Sequence record: SRR9188677_161
Direction: 5' to 3' (one strand)
DNA length: 64,000 nt
A program made the translations under genes and the position numbers. The notes beneath the pieces were generated by a model. The model had not been told where the DNA came from. It did no database searches and was given only the letters and a program-made list of their open reading frames with translations. Every line of letters starts with the position of its first letter. Position 1 is the first letter of the stretch. Below are positions 1-9,545 of the stretch, in pieces.

Positions 1-30
1 AGCTGCTCTAGCCAACTGAGCTACGCTGGC
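1..30 (-). tRNA. 5' part of a tRNA, probably tRNA-Thr (truncated by window edge)
   Basis: Reverse complement GCCAGCGTAGCTCAGTTGGCTAGAGCAGCT is an acceptor strand plus D-arm. Position after hpf matches the Bacteroidota tRNA-Thr/Tyr/Gly/Thr-tuf cluster. Anticodon lies outside the window. Confidence 0.85.
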
Positions 31-68
31 ATATACAATAAAAAAAGTCCGCTATTTCTAACGGACTG

Positions 69-99
69 CAAATGTATATCTTTTTGTTATTTATTCAAA
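69..99 (-). promoter_or_regulatory. Bacteroidota housekeeping promoter for the tRNA cluster
   Basis: TTTG (99-96), 19-nt spacer, TACATTTG (76-69): exact TTTG-N19-TAnnTTTG consensus. Confidence 0.75.
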
Positions 100-121
100 A
101 CATTTTTTGAAAAAATTTATA

Positions 122-424
122 TTAAATGTGCGCTCTGATTTTTTCTTTTCTTTTAATCAATAATCTTTCCAATGATTCTGCCGAAACCTCTACGGCTTCC
201 TCAAAAGTTTTGCATTGTTTTTTGACCATGAAATCATCTCCAGGAACATGGATTTTAATCTCAACAATCTTATTTTCTTTCTCGCTGGTCTTTTCTACTT
301 TCAAAAAAACATCAGAAGAAACTACTTTATCATAAAATTTTTCAAGTTTAGCTAATCTTTCATTAATAAAATCAACCAATTTTCCGTCAACAGTAAAGTT
401 AACTGCGTGAACATTTACCTTCAT
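122..424 (-). CDS. hpf: Ribosome hibernation promoting factor HPF/RaiA
   Basis: MKVNVHAVNF...KLEKFYDKV...EIKIHVPG...FEEAV, 100 aa S30AE-like. Start moved to ATG at 424. Confidence 0.9.
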   Translation of the reverse strand: MKVNVHAVNFTVDGKLVDFINERLAKLEKFYDKVVSSDVFLKVEKTSEKENKIVEIKIHVPGDDFMVKKQCKTFEEAVEVSAESLERLLIKRKEKIRAHI

Positions 425-455
425 AATTTTTATTTTATTGATTAAACATTTGGAA

Positions 456-1352
456 TCACTTTTTATTCCTTGGATGCGCACTGTTATAAACCTTTTGAAG
501 CTCTGCCAAACTGTTATGCGTGTAAACCTGCGTCGAAGCCAAACTGGAATGCCCTAATAATTCCTTTACCGAATTTATATCCGCTCCGTTATTGAGCAAG
601 TGAGTCGCAAATGTATGCCTTAGTATATGCGGACTCTTCTTTACCTTCTCGGAGACATTACTAAAGTAGTCATTTATTAGGCGATAAACAAACGAATCGT
701 TTAATTTAACTCCTTTTAACATAATGAAAAAACACTCCTTATCTTTAATCTCCTGTAGTTGTGCCCGTTCGCTCAGATAGCTCCGAACCTGATCTGCAAC
801 CACAGGTAAAATCGGGATAATCCTTTCTTTATTCCTCTTACCCAAAACCTTAATGGAGTTATTAGACAAATCAACACTGCTCATTTTGAGGTTAATCAGC
901 TCCGTTCGACGTATTCCGGTTGTATAAAACAAATCAATTATCAGCTTATCGCGGACACCTTCAAAACCCGATTTGCAGCTTATCTGCCCCAAAACCATAT
1001 CCAATTCTTTTTCAGAAAAAGGAATCTGGATTTTCTTTGGAGACTTTAAGGCTTTATGTTTTAATAGCGGACTGGATTGAATCTGTCCTGTCTTAAGAAG
1101 GAATTTATAAAAGGATTTAAGGGACGAAATTTTTCGGTTAATAGAAGAATTCGAGACGCCATCATCAGAAAGCGAAACTATCCAAGCGCGGATTTGACTA
1201 TAATTGACCACAATCAGATTATCATCATCAAATTCCCCGGAAAGGAAAGCTTCAAAAAAACCGATATCATTTAAATAAGCGGTAACGGTATGCCGGGAAT
1301 AATTTTTCTCCAGCAAAAGATAATCCTGAAACTTATTTTTAAAATTTTCCAT
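456..1352 (-). CDS. xerC: Tyrosine recombinase XerC
   Basis: TGIRRTEL, GKRNKER, PHILRHTFATHLL, LLGHSSLASTQVYTH catalytic motifs; conserved rpsU-xerC-hpf order. Confidence 0.88.
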   Translation of the reverse strand: MENFKNKFQDYLLLEKNYSRHTVTAYLNDIGFFEAFLSGEFDDDNLIVVNYSQIRAWIVSLSDDGVSNSSINRKISSLKSFYKFLLKTGQIQSSPLLKHKALKSPKKIQIPFSEKELDMVLGQISCKSGFEGVRDKLIIDLFYTTGIRRTELINLKMSSVDLSNNSIKVLGKRNKERIIPILPVVADQVRSYLSERAQLQEIKDKECFFIMLKGVKLNDSFVYRLINDYFSNVSEKVKKSPHILRHTFATHLLNNGADINSVKELLGHSSLASTQVYTHNSLAELQKVYNSAHPRNKK

Positions 1353-1424
1353 AAAAAAACCGTCAGCATCAAAGTTATGAAACTTTAATTACTAACGGTT
1401 AGTATAATTTGCGAAAATTAAATA

Positions 1425-1619
1425 TTAACTTTCTAAACTGTCTCTCAAGTTTTGGATGTAAGCAGCTTTTTGAATCTGTGCTCTTCTTACCACTGATGGT
1501 TTAATGAAAGCCTGACGTGAACGCAACTGACGAACAGTTCCTGTTTTATCAAATTTTCTTTTATAGCGCTTTAATGCTCTATCGATATTTTCTCCGTCTT
1601 TAATTGGTATAATTAACAT
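1425..1619 (-). CDS. rpsU: 30S ribosomal protein bS21
   Basis: MLIIPIKDGENIDRALKRYKRKF...FIKPSVVRR; start at ATG 1619. Confidence 0.97.
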   Translation of the reverse strand: MLIIPIKDGENIDRALKRYKRKFDKTGTVRQLRSRQAFIKPSVVRRAQIQKAAYIQNLRDSLES

Positions 1620-1626
1620 AATATAG

Positions 1627-1638
1627 ACACCTCCTCTC
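1627..1638 (-). promoter_or_regulatory. Extended Shine-Dalgarno of rpsU
   Basis: GAGAGGAGGTGT ending 7 nt before the ATG; -7 box TACTTTTG at 1656-1649. Confidence 0.85.
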
Positions 1639-1690
1639 GTTAAGGCTGCAAAAGTAAACATTATTTTGAAACCTAGAGAGATTTTTTTAT

Positions 1691-2860
1691 TTATTTTACT
1701 GCAGGCTTGTAATTTTGCTTATCGATAATCATCTTAGACAAAATTTCTTTAAGGATTTCTGAAGTTCCGCCACCGATTGGCCCTAAACGGCTGTCTCTAA
1801 ACAAACGCGCCAATGGGTATTCTTCCATATAGCCATATCCGCCCAGCATCTGCAGACAGCTGTAAATCGTTTCATCTGCAACTTTCGTAGATTTTAATTT
1901 CGCCATTGTAGCTTCTTTGACCACATATTCCCCTTTATCCAAACGGGCTACGGCAGCATAATTAAATATTTTGCAATGCTCAACATCTGTTGCATGATCC
2001 ACCATTGTATGCCTCAAAGCCTGGAATTTATTAATTGTAGTGCCGAATGCCTCGCGCTGTGACATATAATCAATGGTGTATTCTATAGCATATTCTGCTC
2101 TTGCATGCGCATTAATTGCCATAATCAATCGCTCTAAAGCAAAATGCTGCATGATGTACGGAAAACCTTTTCCTTCTTCTCCCATTAAATTTTCTTCCGG
2201 GATTTCCACATTGTCAAAAGCAATTTCAGCTGTATCGGAAGCCCTCCAACCCAGCTTATCTAATTTGTTTGTTGTAATTCCTGCTGTTTTTCTATCGATA
2301 AGAAACATACTAATCCCTTTGTTTCCTAACTCGGGGCTTGTTTTGGCAGCTACCACGTAATAATCCGCGTAAACACCATTTGTAATGAATGTCTTTGATC
2401 CGTTTATGGTATAACCGTTTCCTTTTTTAACTGCAGTGGTGCGCATCCCCGCAACATCACTACCGCCGAAAGGTTCGGAAATACACATTGCTCCTATCAT
2501 ATCACCAGAAATGCTTGGTGCAAGATATTCTTGTTTAATTCTCTCGTCGCCTTCCGCATTTAAGTGGGTCATGGCCAAATATGCGTGTGCCCACATTGCC
2601 GCAGCAAAACCGGAAGATTTTATTTTTTGGAGTTCTTCCAGGAAAATAACGGTGTAAAACAAATCCAGGTTTAATCCGCCGTACGCTTCAGGATAGGCGA
2701 TTCCGAAAAAACCCATATCACCGAATTTCTTCCAGATAAAACGCTCGATCGTTCCGGTCTTTTCCCATTTTTCAATATGCGGCACTACCTCTATCTGAAG
2801 AAAATCTTTAAAGCTTTTCCTGAATAATTCGTGCTCTTCCGTAAAGTATATTGAACTCAT
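1691..2860 (-). CDS. Acyl-CoA dehydrogenase
   Basis: ISEPFGGSDV, NGSKTFITNG, KLGWRASDT, QMLGGYGYMEEY, GGGTSEI. Confidence 0.93.
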   Translation of the reverse strand: MSSIYFTEEHELFRKSFKDFLQIEVVPHIEKWEKTGTIERFIWKKFGDMGFFGIAYPEAYGGLNLDLFYTVIFLEELQKIKSSGFAAAMWAHAYLAMTHLNAEGDERIKQEYLAPSISGDMIGAMCISEPFGGSDVAGMRTTAVKKGNGYTINGSKTFITNGVYADYYVVAAKTSPELGNKGISMFLIDRKTAGITTNKLDKLGWRASDTAEIAFDNVEIPEENLMGEEGKGFPYIMQHFALERLIMAINAHARAEYAIEYTIDYMSQREAFGTTINKFQALRHTMVDHATDVEHCKIFNYAAVARLDKGEYVVKEATMAKLKSTKVADETIYSCLQMLGGYGYMEEYPLARLFRDSRLGPIGGGTSEILKEILSKMIIDKQNYKPAVK

Positions 2861-2887
2861 ATAAGTATGCTATTTTGTGTCATTTTT

Positions 2888-3766
2888 TTAGAATTCCAAA
2901 TATAGCGCAATTATTTTTATTTTTTCAACCGGAAAACCTTTAATTTTTGACAAATCCTCAATATTAACATCTCCATTCATCGTTCTGAAAACAACAATTT
3001 CCTTTGCCAATTGGTACCTAAAAAACGGAAACTGGCTCAACTCTTTGACCGTGGCATTATTAATATTGACCTTTTTAAGGCCCACAGTAGATTTAACTAC
3101 AAACGAGGCTTTAAGTTTCTCGACAACTTCAGGCGAAAGCCCCCAGATATCTTCCATCTGTTCTATAGAAACGAAAGCTCCGTATTTTTGCTTCTGTTCT
3201 AAAATCCTGTCGGAAATCTTGTCCCCGATCCCGTAAATTTTCATCAGGTCTTCCTTTGATGCTTCGTTGATATCAAGAACTGTGATTTTTTCAGATCTGG
3301 CGTATTCCTTTTTCTCAAACGGCTTAAAATTATTTTTCTTGTTATTGACCCAATCCGGGAATTTGAAATAGGGCGAAATCACCTCAAGCAATGAATCCGA
3401 AACTTTAGTCACAGCCTGAAATTCCGCAGCCGAATTGACAAACTTATTCTGTTTCCTATAAGCAAGCAGGCGATCAATCTCCTCTACTTTCATCCCAAGC
3501 TTATACCCTTTGAAATCAGTAATGAAATTGGGATTGAAAGGATAGATTTTTGGTTTATAGTTTTTCTTATCGAGCTTTATGCTATCGACAATATTCTGAT
3601 TGGACAACCATTCCACTTTATCTTTATCTGTCCTGTATACCGAATTAAAATCCCAGAAATAATAAATTGCCTGGCAGCCAATGACGATCAGGAAAAACAG
3701 TAGTATCCCAATCCGCTGCCCTTTTGAATAATTTAAAACCGATTTTAGAAAGGAATTTTTCACCAT
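2888..3766 (-). CDS. ComEA-family helix-hairpin-helix DNA-binding protein
   Basis: N-terminal TM; FNPN motif; DINEASKEDLMKIYGIG and NINNATVKEL HhH repeats. Confidence 0.85.
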   Translation of the reverse strand: MVKNSFLKSVLNYSKGQRIGILLFFLIVIGCQAIYYFWDFNSVYRTDKDKVEWLSNQNIVDSIKLDKKNYKPKIYPFNPNFITDFKGYKLGMKVEEIDRLLAYRKQNKFVNSAAEFQAVTKVSDSLLEVISPYFKFPDWVNNKKNNFKPFEKKEYARSEKITVLDINEASKEDLMKIYGIGDKISDRILEQKQKYGAFVSIEQMEDIWGLSPEVVEKLKASFVVKSTVGLKKVNINNATVKELSQFPFFRYQLAKEIVVFRTMNGDVNIEDLSKIKGFPVEKIKIIALYLEF

Positions 3767-3771
3767 ACTAT

Positions 3772-3999
3772 TTATAAATCAAAAACCGACGTTCGTTTTC
3801 CACGGATGAAATCTTTGAGCTTAATCCAGAAAGCAAGAGTCAGGTAAACGCCAAACCACAAACCAGCCGTCACAAAAGTGATGTAGATAAAAAACAAGCG
3901 CACATTGGAAGCCCTCATCCCCAGCTTGTCCGCCAGGCGCGAAGACACATGAAAGCCATGTTTTTCAAAGAAGTATTTTAACTGGATAACGGGTGACAT
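3772..3999 (-). CDS. PspC-domain membrane protein
   Basis: FHVSSRLADKLGMRASNVRLFFIY followed by a TM segment. Confidence 0.8.
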   Translation of the reverse strand: MSPVIQLKYFFEKHGFHVSSRLADKLGMRASNVRLFFIYITFVTAGLWFGVYLTLAFWIKLKDFIRGKRTSVFDL

Positions 4000-4024
4000 T
4001 CTCTTTTGATTTAAAAATTTAAAA

Positions 4025-4161
4025 TTACTCTTTTACCAATTCAATTCCAACTGCGTACTATAAATTCTTTGCAACAGCAGTTGCCTCTTCCAAAGCTGCT
4101 GTTAGATTAACCGCTCAAACTTCTTATATTGCACCACATAATGAAGAAAACCTTCTGTGAA
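4025..4161 (-). pseudogene. Relic of a DUF2851-family gene (N- and C-terminal tips only)
   Basis: Minus strand reads TEGFLHYVVQYKKF (frameshift) AVNL...KNL*YAVGIELVKE*. This resembles the recalled DUF2851 termini (MKEDFLHYxWxxKKF...CAxGIELLK) at its usual position before pspC. Confidence 0.55.
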
Positions 4162-4216
4162 ACTCCTAATTTTTATCTAAAGTAAGAAAATTACTTTTAT
4201 ATTAAGCGTTTTTGTA

Positions 4217-5866
4217 ATGAAAAAGTTACTTTTATTTTTATTGCTGATAGTTTATGCGAATTCACTTTCCCAAAACTATAAAATCACTTACCTCAAAAGC
4301 TCTAATGGAACCCGGATAGAACACCAGGATCCGGTTTTGGTTTTCACCAATCCTAAACAAACTTTACTGACCTCAGAACAAATTCAAGGCGGAAAATCAG
4401 GATTCCCTTTTGAACAGACGTTGGTTGTGCGGGAATCGAATTCGTTTATTCAGGTCGCCGCATTGAATAAAATCCAAAGCATTAGCACAAAAGACAGCAT
4501 TTCTTTGGCCAAACAAACCTTTGAGTTTTTGCCTGAAACCAAAAAAATAGTAGGCTATAACTGCAAAAAAGCAAAAACCATTGTCAACTCGAACACGATT
4601 GAATTTTGGTATACCGAAGATCTGAAAGTTAAGGCTTCCCCATCAACCTTAGGGCAAAATTTAGGATTGGTCCTGGAAATGGTACGAAACGGAAATTTCG
4701 TGATCGCAGCAACCAAAGTGGAAAAAATCAAAACCTTTCCGGAAATTCCGCAGTCTAAAAAAACAGTCGATATCCTTACCTACAAAGATTTGCTCTGGAA
4801 AAGCCGCTTTACCACAATAAACGTTTTCAAAGACCAGATCATCAATTTTTCTGAGGCTTCGAAATCAAACGACAGCATCCTTAGATTTGCCAATGGAACG
4901 ATTGCTGTGAGAAAGATCAAAATCCCGGAAATTAACGTAGGCAGCCAGATTTTTGTGGATGTGACCGAACAATCCAACGGGGATGCTTACGACCGTACAG
5001 GTTCCTTTTTTATAATTCCAACTGACAAAGCAAAATCATTTTTGGACGGATTGCAAAATGGCACCAAGGCATTACCCATCTACACCAATGGTAACGGCAA
5101 AGAATACCAAGGCGTTGTTGCTTCAGAAGATTACAGCCCGGTGGTAGAACTGATGCGTTTTTTCACACCTTTTGGCGTAAAGCAATACAATACGCTGCAG
5201 CTGAAAGACAAAACCTGGGCTGAAAATGTTCTGTACCGTCAGGATGTTTCCGACCTAAGGAATTTATTGAGCAACCAGGAAGTTTGGATCGGGATCACTA
5301 TCGGGAATTACGACAAAGGCGGGCACAAGGTTTCCGCTAACATCACGATTCACAACGAAGAGGAAAGCAAAGTCATCCCAACGCGCATTGTTCCGCTTTT
5401 CTGCACCAATAACATCATGGAAATGGCCGGCCAGGAATACGGAACAATGTTTAGCAACGACAAAGGTCTTGAAGTTACTTTTACATTACACAAACCAATG
5501 AAAAACAGTAAGTTACGTTACATCACTACCGGACATGGCGGTTGGAAAAACGGCGACGAATTTGTTCTGAAGAAGAACTCTATTTTTCTTGACACAAAGG
5601 AAGTTTTCAGTTTTACGCCCTGGAGACAGGACTGCGGTTCGTACCGGTTATCCAATCCGGCATCGGGTAATTTCCCTAACGGATTGTCTTCCTCGGATTA
5701 CAGCAGGGCTAATTGGTGCCCGGGAACGGTTACCAATCCCATTTTTATCGATTTAGGAAATTTAGAATCCGGAACCCACAAACTACAGGTCAAAATCCCA
5801 CAAGGACTGCCGGAAGGCAGCAGTTTCAGCTCCTGGAACATTTCGGGAGTTTTGATTGGAGAATAA
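4217..5866 (+). CDS. Peptide-N-glycosidase F-II-like protein (GLPGLI-like N-domain plus PNGase F domains)
   Basis: Signal peptide; KKIVGYNCKKA...WYT...GLVLE; GDAYDRTG; ELMRFFTPFG; TTGHGG...GDEF; SRANWCPG. Confidence 0.85.
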   Translation: MKKLLLFLLLIVYANSLSQNYKITYLKSSNGTRIEHQDPVLVFTNPKQTLLTSEQIQGGKSGFPFEQTLVVRESNSFIQVAALNKIQSISTKDSISLAKQTFEFLPETKKIVGYNCKKAKTIVNSNTIEFWYTEDLKVKASPSTLGQNLGLVLEMVRNGNFVIAATKVEKIKTFPEIPQSKKTVDILTYKDLLWKSRFTTINVFKDQIINFSEASKSNDSILRFANGTIAVRKIKIPEINVGSQIFVDVTEQSNGDAYDRTGSFFIIPTDKAKSFLDGLQNGTKALPIYTNGNGKEYQGVVASEDYSPVVELMRFFTPFGVKQYNTLQLKDKTWAENVLYRQDVSDLRNLLSNQEVWIGITIGNYDKGGHKVSANITIHNEEESKVIPTRIVPLFCTNNIMEMAGQEYGTMFSNDKGLEVTFTLHKPMKNSKLRYITTGHGGWKNGDEFVLKKNSIFLDTKEVFSFTPWRQDCGSYRLSNPASGNFPNGLSSSDYSRANWCPGTVTNPIFIDLGNLESGTHKLQVKIPQGLPEGSSFSSWNISGVLIGE

Positions 5867-5892
5867 AAAAAGCCAGCTTGATCGCTGGCTTT
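5865..5892. terminator. Intrinsic terminator between convergent genes
   Basis: AAAAAAAGCCAGC-ttgatc-GCTGGCTTT. Confidence 0.75.
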
Positions 5893-5896
5893 CTAA

Positions 5897-7258
5897 TTAT
5901 TTTATAGAACTGATAATATCGTGCTTGGTAATAATATGGTGCTTTCCGTTACCCAGATCCACTAAAACAGCCTGATTGTCTTTATTGATCAGTTTTGAGA
6001 TTTCTTCGATTGGCGTATTGGCCAGAACAATCGGATAAGGCTTACCCATAATTTCACGGATTGGTTTATCTGCGATGTCACGGTCTTCCACATAGCTTCT
6101 GAACAAATCGGTTTCATCCAAGCTTCCAACAAAACCAGTAGTATCTATTACCGGAATCTGAGAGATTTTATATTTTTTCAAACGCTCGATAGCATGGGAA
6201 ACCAGCTCTTCGGTACGAACAATTACAAGCGGTTTGTCTATATGGTCTTTGATAACGTCTTCGGCTTTGGTAATTTCCTCATCGAGAAATCCTCTTTCGC
6301 GCATCCAGTCGTCATTGAACATTTTCCCAACATAGCGGCTTCCAGAATCGTGGAATAAAACCACCACTACGTCTTCCGGCTTGAAATGCTCTTTCAATTG
6401 ATGCAATCCTTTGATGCACGATCCGGCAGAGTTCCCAACAAAAATCCCTTCTTCCAAGGCAATTTTACGGGTGTAAACCGCGGCATCCTTATCGGTCACT
6501 TTGGTAAATCCGTCAATTAAGGAGAAATCAACATTTTTCGGAAGGATGTCTTCCCCGATTCCTTCGGTGATGTACGAATAGATTTCGTTCTCATCAAAGA
6601 TTCCGGTTTCGTGGTATTTTTTGAACACCGAACCGTAAGTATCCACACCCCAAATTTTGATGTTCGGGTTTTTCTCTTTTAGGTATTTGGCCACTCCGGA
6701 AATTGTTCCGCCCGTTCCTACCCCAACCACGAAATGCGTGATTTTACCGTCGGTCTGTTCCCAGATTTCCGGGCCGGTCTGTTCGTAGTGTGCAATCGCG
6801 TTTGATGGATTATCGTATTGGTTTACATACCAGGAATTCGGGATTTCAGTCCCTAATCTTTTTGAAACCGAATAGTACGAACGCGGATCGGTTGGCTCAA
6901 CATCTGTAGGGCAAACGACTACTTTGGCACCAACAGCACGAAGGATGTCCATCTTTTCTTTGGATTGTTTGTCTGTAATTACGAAGATGCATTTGTAGCC
7001 TTTTACGATTGCAGCCAGTGCCAATCCCATTCCTGTGTTTCCTGAGGTTCCTTCTATGATGGTTCCTCCCGGTTTTAGCCTTCCGTCTGCTTCGGCATCT
7101 TCTACCATTTTTAAGGCCATCCGGTCCTTAACTGAATTTCCCGGATTGAAGGTTTCCACTTTGGCCAAAACCAGCGCATCGATTCCTTCTACAACTTTGT
7201 TTAGTTTTACCAGCGGCGTATTACCTATAGTTCCTAATATGTTTTCTGCGTATTTCAT
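5897..7258 (-). CDS. Cystathionine beta-synthase (PLP enzyme with CBS domains)
   Basis: NPGNSVKDR, EGTSGNTG, GVGTGGT; C-terminal CBS pair. Confidence 0.9.
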   Translation of the reverse strand: MKYAENILGTIGNTPLVKLNKVVEGIDALVLAKVETFNPGNSVKDRMALKMVEDAEADGRLKPGGTIIEGTSGNTGMGLALAAIVKGYKCIFVITDKQSKEKMDILRAVGAKVVVCPTDVEPTDPRSYYSVSKRLGTEIPNSWYVNQYDNPSNAIAHYEQTGPEIWEQTDGKITHFVVGVGTGGTISGVAKYLKEKNPNIKIWGVDTYGSVFKKYHETGIFDENEIYSYITEGIGEDILPKNVDFSLIDGFTKVTDKDAAVYTRKIALEEGIFVGNSAGSCIKGLHQLKEHFKPEDVVVVLFHDSGSRYVGKMFNDDWMRERGFLDEEITKAEDVIKDHIDKPLVIVRTEELVSHAIERLKKYKISQIPVIDTTGFVGSLDETDLFRSYVEDRDIADKPIREIMGKPYPIVLANTPIEEISKLINKDNQAVLVDLGNGKHHIITKHDIISSIK

Positions 7259-7419
7259 GTTTTTGAATTGCTGAGTAGTTGAACTACTAAGTCTTTAATT
7301 TAGATTACAAAGATATTGATAAAAAGAAGGTTTGCAAGTTTGACATCCAATTATTCGAAAACGTTTGCGGGTATTAGGATATATTTCCGGCGTTCCAAAA
7401 ATGAAAAGGCATAAGTTCT

Positions 7420-7486
7420 TAACCTTGATTCATTAGGCAATCGCTTTGTTCGTGTGCAGTGGCACAAAGTACAGCGCATAGCAGGA
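7420..7486 (+). ncRNA. Degenerate Flavo-1-like structured repeat
   Basis: AACCTTGATT...GGCAATCGCTTTG...CAAAGTACAGCGCATAGCAGGA aligns with the three better copies and keeps stem pairing. Confidence 0.4.
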
Positions 7487-7528
7487 TTTACCATCACTGA
7501 AAAAGCCGTGAAGCTTAACTTTTAAATC

Positions 7529-9448
7529 TTACTGGAAGAAATTCCACACCAAACCGAACCGGATCATCAGGTCCCGGTATGGGTAATTAGGTGCCGTGTA
7601 GTAATTGTTGCCGGTCATCTTGGCGTTGAAATGCTCCACCTTGAAGAAAATCCTGGTTTGACGGATTCGGGCATTTACGAAAAAGTCGAGCATTGGAAAA
7701 TCGCCAAACTCCCTTTCATTTTGCACGAAGGCTTCCGTTGTTACCGGATTGTAATCGTTCATGTAGAACTTGGTAAAATAATTGAAAGTAAAACCGGTTT
7801 GCAGGTACAGTGCCTTTTTGAAGAAATAATCGGTAAAGTACAGCGAGTTCCTTGTTGTGATTTGGGGCACATTAAGGATATCCTTGTCCTGATCTACTTC
7901 CTGGTAAAGCAGGGTATTGTCTAAGGCTAATTTCCACCATTTGAATTCACGGCTTAGTTTTACCGAAAGGTAGCTTATGCTTTTATCGTATTGTTTCGGG
8001 CTGATGATTTGCTGCTGGGCATTTGTCGCATCGTTGCTGAAATACAAATGGTCCCTCATGGAGCTTAGCTGCAAAGAGGCTTCAAACCATTGGGTTTTGG
8101 CAATAGCCTCGATATTGTTGATTTTTTCGTTCTTGAAATCATTGGCCCAATTGTAATCAACATAACTGCTTTGGTGCAGGTTATAAATGTGGTCCGGGAT
8201 TTTATTGAGCATTTGGTACTGGAAAACAAATTCGTTTTTCTCATTGAGCTTGTAATTCAGTTTTGCATCGAAATTGGACATTGGCGTATTGGAAATGGAA
8301 TTGGAATAGGTGAAGGTTCCGTTCCATTTGTTTTTTCGGTATTCGTATTGGCCACCAACGGTATTGATCTCATCACTCAAAGCACTTGGCACAACACCCG
8401 AATCCAGTATCAGGACTTTATCGAAATAATGGTTGTACCTGAAGTCTTCCGCAAAGAACTGGAATTTACCCAACAATGCGTTTTCATAAACGGCTCCGAC
8501 CTTATTGTACATTCTGTTGTAACGCGTTTTATCATTGATGTTTGCCGTTACATAGGAATCACCGAAACGCTTTACGAAAGTATTGTTTACTGTTGACAGC
8601 ACCGTTTTCTGGTTGTATTCAAAAAGCTTATTTTCGTAATTGAACTGATGCGTCAGGTATAGGTTGTTGTCGCCTTTTTTGGTATTGACCCTAAAATTGT
8701 GATCAAAAAAGATTCGTTTGCCCTTTAGGAAACTTTTGGCATCCTTCAGATAGACTTCCAATCGGGCACGGGTATCAAAATCGGGGTTTTCGCTTTCAAA
8801 ATCTTCCACCGTTGTGATCCCTCCATTTTCGCCATTTAACAAATCCTGCCCCGTAAAATGGAAGTTCAGATAGTATCTTTTGTTAGCGGTATTGTAGCTC
8901 GAGGTAAAGCGGAAGTTACCGTTACTAGTTAGCTGGTTGACATATTTACCCAAAGAACGCAAGCCCCTGAAGGCAAGGGAAATATTAAACCGTTCTGAAG
9001 TATTGACCGTTATAAACGCATCTACAGACTGGCCCTGTTCCATTACGGTTTTGAAATACAGCTCGGTTATGGGCGTTGCGACGGAGTAATATTTGATATC
9101 ATTGACCCCTAAATAATTAAAATGTTTTCCGGAATAGCCAATCTCCGGGAATGACGTGAAATTTTTCAGTCCGAAATCCAGGACGCTGTAGGTTTGCCCC
9201 TCATTGGCAAAAGGAAGAAGCCCGAAAAGATCCTTAAGCAAATAATTATACTGGTAATCTTTTTTTATAGTAAGTGAAGTATCAATATAGGTCGTATCTT
9301 TTTGCAGTGTGATAATCCTGTATTGATTGTAAGCCCCCTTTGGTGCTTTCTTTTCAACATTTTCTTTAGCTTCTTCATTGGATCCTTCTGTTTGAGAAAA
9401 ACCAATTGAAAAATTCAACAGAAAGAGTACGGTTAATAAGTATTTCAT
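7529..9448 (-). CDS. Putative outer-membrane porin (Bacteroidota putative porin family)
   Basis: Signal peptide MKYLL; DTTYIDTSLTI motif; beta-strand rich; ends RFGLVWNFFQ. Start moved to 9448, with TACTTTTG promoter box just upstream. Confidence 0.8.
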   Translation of the reverse strand: MKYLLTVLFLLNFSIGFSQTEGSNEEAKENVEKKAPKGAYNQYRIITLQKDTTYIDTSLTIKKDYQYNYLLKDLFGLLPFANEGQTYSVLDFGLKNFTSFPEIGYSGKHFNYLGVNDIKYYSVATPITELYFKTVMEQGQSVDAFITVNTSERFNISLAFRGLRSLGKYVNQLTSNGNFRFTSSYNTANKRYYLNFHFTGQDLLNGENGGITTVEDFESENPDFDTRARLEVYLKDAKSFLKGKRIFFDHNFRVNTKKGDNNLYLTHQFNYENKLFEYNQKTVLSTVNNTFVKRFGDSYVTANINDKTRYNRMYNKVGAVYENALLGKFQFFAEDFRYNHYFDKVLILDSGVVPSALSDEINTVGGQYEYRKNKWNGTFTYSNSISNTPMSNFDAKLNYKLNEKNEFVFQYQMLNKIPDHIYNLHQSSYVDYNWANDFKNEKINNIEAIAKTQWFEASLQLSSMRDHLYFSNDATNAQQQIISPKQYDKSISYLSVKLSREFKWWKLALDNTLLYQEVDQDKDILNVPQITTRNSLYFTDYFFKKALYLQTGFTFNYFTKFYMNDYNPVTTEAFVQNEREFGDFPMLDFFVNARIRQTRIFFKVEHFNAKMTGNNYYTAPNYPYRDLMIRFGLVWNFFQ

Positions 9449-9499
9449 CTTAAAATATTTCGAGACAAAAGTACATAAAACTATTTGGAATAAAATCAT

Positions 9500-9525
9500 A
9501 AAAAAACCACCGTAAAGGTGGTTTT
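9500..9525 (-). terminator. Intrinsic terminator of the S8 protease gene
   Basis: AAAACCACC-gtaaa-GGTGGTTTT with T-run on the minus strand. Confidence 0.7.
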
Positions 9526-9545
9526 GGTTTATTATCGGAAAGAAT

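Noticed and set aside
456-1352. Integrase of a mobile element next to a tRNA
   Set aside because: Size, motifs and rpsU-xerC-hpf order identify the housekeeping Xer recombinase; no att duplication or cargo genes.
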